A DNA stretch of 64,000 bases, taken from assembly GCA_963809895.1 (NCBI GenBank), contig CAWELD010000010.1:160001-224000 (forward strand), written 5' to 3'. Shown piece by piece: positions 61,013 to 64,000 of the stretch; the first letter of the stretch is position 1; each line of letters begins with the position of its first letter. This stretch comes from an uncultured Gemmatimonadales bacterium (lineage in GTDB: Bacteria; Gemmatimonadota; Gemmatimonadetes; Longimicrobiales; Gaopeijiaceae). A program made the position numbers and the translations under genes. Below the pieces are notes generated by a model that was not told where the DNA came from, searched no databases, and worked only from the letters and a program-made list of their open reading frames with translations.

Positions 61013-63648
61013 GCGTCTGGGATACGCTCCGTCGGGTGCTGGGGCGTCGAGGTCTGGAGCGGGAGGTGGCCGAGGAGGTGGAATCGCATCTCCTGCACCG
61101 GGTGGACGACCTGGTCGCGGAGGGCCACGATCCGGACGAGGCCCGGCGGCGGGCCGAGGCGGAGTTCGGAGACGTGGCGCGCATCCGGCGGCAATGTGCC
61201 AGCGAGCTGGAGCGTACCGTCCGCCTGCAGGGCCCGGGCCGGGTGCTGGACGCCGTCGGGCACGACCTGGCCTGGGCCTGGAGGCAGCTCCGGCGCGGAC
61301 CCGGATTCGCGCTGGTGGCGGTAGCGACACTGGCGCTGGGCATCGGGGCCACCACGACCATCGTGGCGGTGGTGGACGCGGTGGTGCTGGAGCCGCTTCC
61401 CTTCCATGAGCCGGATCGCCTGGTGGCCGTGGAGGAGACCACGCCCGCCGGCGCGTCCTTCGTGGCTTCCGAGCCCGACTTCCTCGACTGGCGGGCCGGC
61501 GCCACGGGCTTCTCGGACATGGCCGCCATCACGACCCGGAGCGGCATCCTGTCGGGGCAGGCGGGTGAGCCCCGCGCCGTCCAGGTCGGCTGGGCGTCCG
61601 CGTCGCTCCTGGACGTTCTGGGCGTACAGCCTCTGTTGGGTCGCGGGATACGCCCCGACGAAGACCGGCCCGGCGGGCGGGCCCCGGTGGTGGTTCTGAG
61701 CCACGAGGCCTGGCGGGAGCGCTTCGGGGGCGACCGGAACGTGGTGGGCTCGACGGTGCTCCTCGACGGCCAGGCGCACACGGTGGTGGGCGTGCTCCCG
61801 GCCGGTCTGTCCTTCCTGGACCGGATGGACCTGCTGGTGCCTCTGGGCGCCGATCCGGCCAGCGACCGCGAGGAGCACTACCTGGACGTGTACGCGCGCC
61901 TCGCCCCGGGCCGCACGCTGGAGAGCGCAGCGCAGGAGCTCGGCACCGTGATGGCGGGCGTCGCCGAGCGGCACCCGGAGATCGCGGGCTGGGGCACCCG
62001 GGTGCGGCCCGTTCGCGATGTCCTGGTGGGCTCCGACCTCACGCGCGCGGGTTGGGTGTTGCTCGCCGCCGCGGCCCTCCTTCTCCTCATCGCCTGTGTG
62101 AACGTGACCAACCTGTTGTTGGCTCGCGCCACCGTGCGGCGGGGTGAGGTGGGGGTGCGGGTGGCGCTGGGTGCCGGCCGGGGGCGCATCGTGCGTCAGC
62201 TCCTCACCGAGAGCGCCGTGCTGGCGGCCGTGGGAGGCGCCCTGGGGATGCTCATCACCTTCCTTGCCCTCCCGGCGGTGCAGTCGCTGGGAGCCGGGCG
62301 CATCCCCCGCCTCGATCAGGCCGCCATCAGCCCGGCGGTCCTGATCGCCTGTCTGGCATCGGTCTCCGTCGCGGCGCTGGCGTTCGGGCTCGCCCCGGCA
62401 TTCGACCTTCGAGGCAGCGGGCCCATGGGCGCGCTCCGTGGGGCGGGGCGGGGAGGTCAGGCGGCGGGCCAGGGCCTGCGGTCCGCCATGGTCATGGGTC
62501 AGATCGCCCTGTCGGTGATGCTGCTGGTGGGCACGGGGCTCCTGGTCCGTTCGTTCATGCGGCTGGCGGCGGTGGATCCGGGCTTCGACGCCCGCCACGC
62601 CCTGGCGGTGACCGTCAGCATGCCCGATGCCGTCTACGACTGGACCGAGCGGCCGGTGATGGTGGACCGGATGCTCGGTGCCGTGGCGGCCGTTCCGGGC
62701 GTGACGGCGGTGGGCGCCACGGCCGTGGATCCCTTCGGCGGGATGAACCTGGCGAACTTCGCGGCCCGCGAGGATCGCATGCCCGCCGATGCGCGCGACT
62801 TCCTGCCGGTGGCGTGGCGCACGGTGACCCCGGGGTTCTTCCGAGCCATGGGGGTGGAGTTGCGCGAGGGCCGGCCCTTCCGTGCCGACGACGGTTGGAA
62901 GGACACGGGCACGCCGGTGATCGTGAGCGCGTCGCTGGCCGGGGAGCTGTGGCCGGAAGGAGATGCGCTGGGATCGACGCTGGTCTGGGGGGATCCCTCG
63001 GGCTCGCGCCTCACCATCGTGGGCGTGGTGAACGACGTACAGGACGTGACGGCGGGGGCCGATCCGCCGCCCATCATCTATCGCGCCTACCGGCAGATTC
63101 CCTGGGCCGTGGTGACCTTCATCGTGCGGACGCGAGCCGGAGCGGCCGGCCAGGTGCCGGGCGCGGTCCACGAGGCGCTCAGACGGGTGGCGCCCACGCT
63201 CGCGGTGCCGGAGCTCCATCCCCTCGAGGCCAACCTGGACTCGGCCGTGGCGCCGCGGCGCTTCAATGCCATCCTCCTGGGCACCTTCGCCGGAGCCGGG
63301 TTGCTGCTGGCCCTCGTGGGCGTGTACGGCGTCACCTCCTTCTTCGTGAGTCGACGCGTCCGCGAGATCGGCATCCGGTTGGCACTGGGAGGCGAGCCCT
63401 CGGGGATCCGCCGCATGGTGCTGGTCCAGAGCCTGCGCCTGGCGGTGGCGGGGACGTTGCTCGGGGGACTCGGAGCGTGGATCGCCGGCCGCTGGATTGC
63501 ATCGCTCCTCTACCGGACCACGCCCGGCGACGCTCTCACCTGGGTCGCCGTTCCCCTGATCCTGCTGGCGGCGACGATGGTGGCGGCGTGGGTGCCTTCG
63601 CTACGCGCCACCCGGGTGAATCCCAGAGACGCGTTGGCGGCCGAGTAG
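61009..63648 (+). CDS. ADOP-type duplicated MacB/FtsX ABC permease
   Basis: Permease-prefix EARRRA..EFG; LALGIGA.T, LLIAC.NV.NLLLAR, QLLTES and EIGIRLALG motifs. Confidence 0.92.
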   Translation: MSVWDTLRRVLGRRGLEREVAEEVESHLLHRVDDLVAEGHDPDEARRRAEAEFGDVARIRRQCASELERTVRLQGPGRVLDAVGHDLAWAWRQLRRGPGFALVAVATLALGIGATTTIVAVVDAVVLEPLPFHEPDRLVAVEETTPAGASFVASEPDFLDWRAGATGFSDMAAITTRSGILSGQAGEPRAVQVGWASASLLDVLGVQPLLGRGIRPDEDRPGGRAPVVVLSHEAWRERFGGDRNVVGSTVLLDGQAHTVVGVLPAGLSFLDRMDLLVPLGADPASDREEHYLDVYARLAPGRTLESAAQELGTVMAGVAERHPEIAGWGTRVRPVRDVLVGSDLTRAGWVLLAAAALLLLIACVNVTNLLLARATVRRGEVGVRVALGAGRGRIVRQLLTESAVLAAVGGALGMLITFLALPAVQSLGAGRIPRLDQAAISPAVLIACLASVSVAALAFGLAPAFDLRGSGPMGALRGAGRGGQAAGQGLRSAMVMGQIALSVMLLVGTGLLVRSFMRLAAVDPGFDARHALAVTVSMPDAVYDWTERPVMVDRMLGAVAAVPGVTAVGATAVDPFGGMNLANFAAREDRMPADARDFLPVAWRTVTPGFFRAMGVELREGRPFRADDGWKDTGTPVIVSASLAGELWPEGDALGSTLVWGDPSGSRLTIVGVVNDVQDVTAGADPPPIIYRAYRQIPWAVVTFIVRTRAGAAGQVPGAVHEALRRVAPTLAVPELHPLEANLDSAVAPRRFNAILLGTFAGAGLLLALVGVYGVTSFFVSRRVREIGIRLALGGEPSGIRRMVLVQSLRLAVAGTLLGGLGAWIAGRWIASLLYRTTPGDALTWVAVPLILLAATMVAAWVPSLRATRVNPRDALAAE

Positions 63649-63755
63649 CGGCTCCTCCAGGCGATCCACCGGAACCCCCGACGGAGACGGGCACCCGCGG
63701 ACGCGTCGGGAGTACGCAGGCCCGCGACCGCACCATCCCCCCAACCCCCGAATCC

Positions 63756-64000
63756 ATGGCGAAGAAGTACTGGCTGATGAAGAGCGAAGCCGACGTCTAT
63801 TCCATCGACGATCTGGAACGTGACGGACGCACGCTCTGGGACGGCGTCCGCAACTATCAGGCGCGCAACAACATGCAGGAGATGAGCGTCGGGGACCGGG
63901 TCCTCTACTACCATTCGCGCCAGAATCCGTCGGCGGTGGTCGGCGTGGCCGAGGTGGTGCGGGAGGCCTATCCCGACCCCACCCAGTTCGATCCCGACAG
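63756..64000 (+). CDS. EVE domain protein (runs off right edge; not in ORF track)
   Basis: Manual translation gives MAKKYWLMKSE...WDGVRNYQARN.M..M.VGD.VLYYHS. Confidence 0.92.
   Translation, partial: MAKKYWLMKSEADVYSIDDLERDGRTLWDGVRNYQARNNMQEMSVGDRVLYYHSRQNPSAVVGVAEVVREAYPDPTQFDPD

Noticed and set aside
63756..64000. EVE domain as part of a modification-dependent restriction system
   Set aside because: It looks like the common stand-alone EVE protein, and its downstream context is outside the window.

Overview
High-GC bacterial chromosome segment, almost entirely coding. Gene content suggests Gemmatimonadota or a relative (inference: PadR/ADOP permease, 6-bladed beta-propeller lipoprotein, Omp85-like proteins). 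Housekeeping genes: pfkA, a GyrA/ParC-family subunit, trmJ, tatA, an acyl-CoA dehydrogenase, gcvH-gcvP, a lipoate ligase, an opp/dpp ABC operon with two binding proteins, exbB, a lytic transglycosylase, csp, polA, ssb, a sigma-70 factor, maeB and pckA. Accessory modules: a divergent paaABC-like diiron monooxygenase cluster with split PaaD and no reductase; an ECF sigma/zinc anti-sigma pair; an Omp85-methyltransferase-flavin oxidoreductase-cyclase-ketosynthase operon; a YtrA-type GntR ABC operon; and padR-ADOP. The most striking unexplained element is a ~305-nt structured non-coding segment (37053-37357) between csp and polA. It is closed by a 31-bp helix and contains a switch-like SD/anti-SD pairing and a 16-codon ORF. 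Other notable points are a clamp-binding-like motif on the ParC-like protein, apparent CTG starts overlapping stop codons, and visible operators for YtrA and PadR. Three single-base frameshifts in short base runs suggest long-read assembly errors. No tRNA, rRNA, CRISPR array or transposase was recognised. All family calls come from motif recognition by eye, not database searches.
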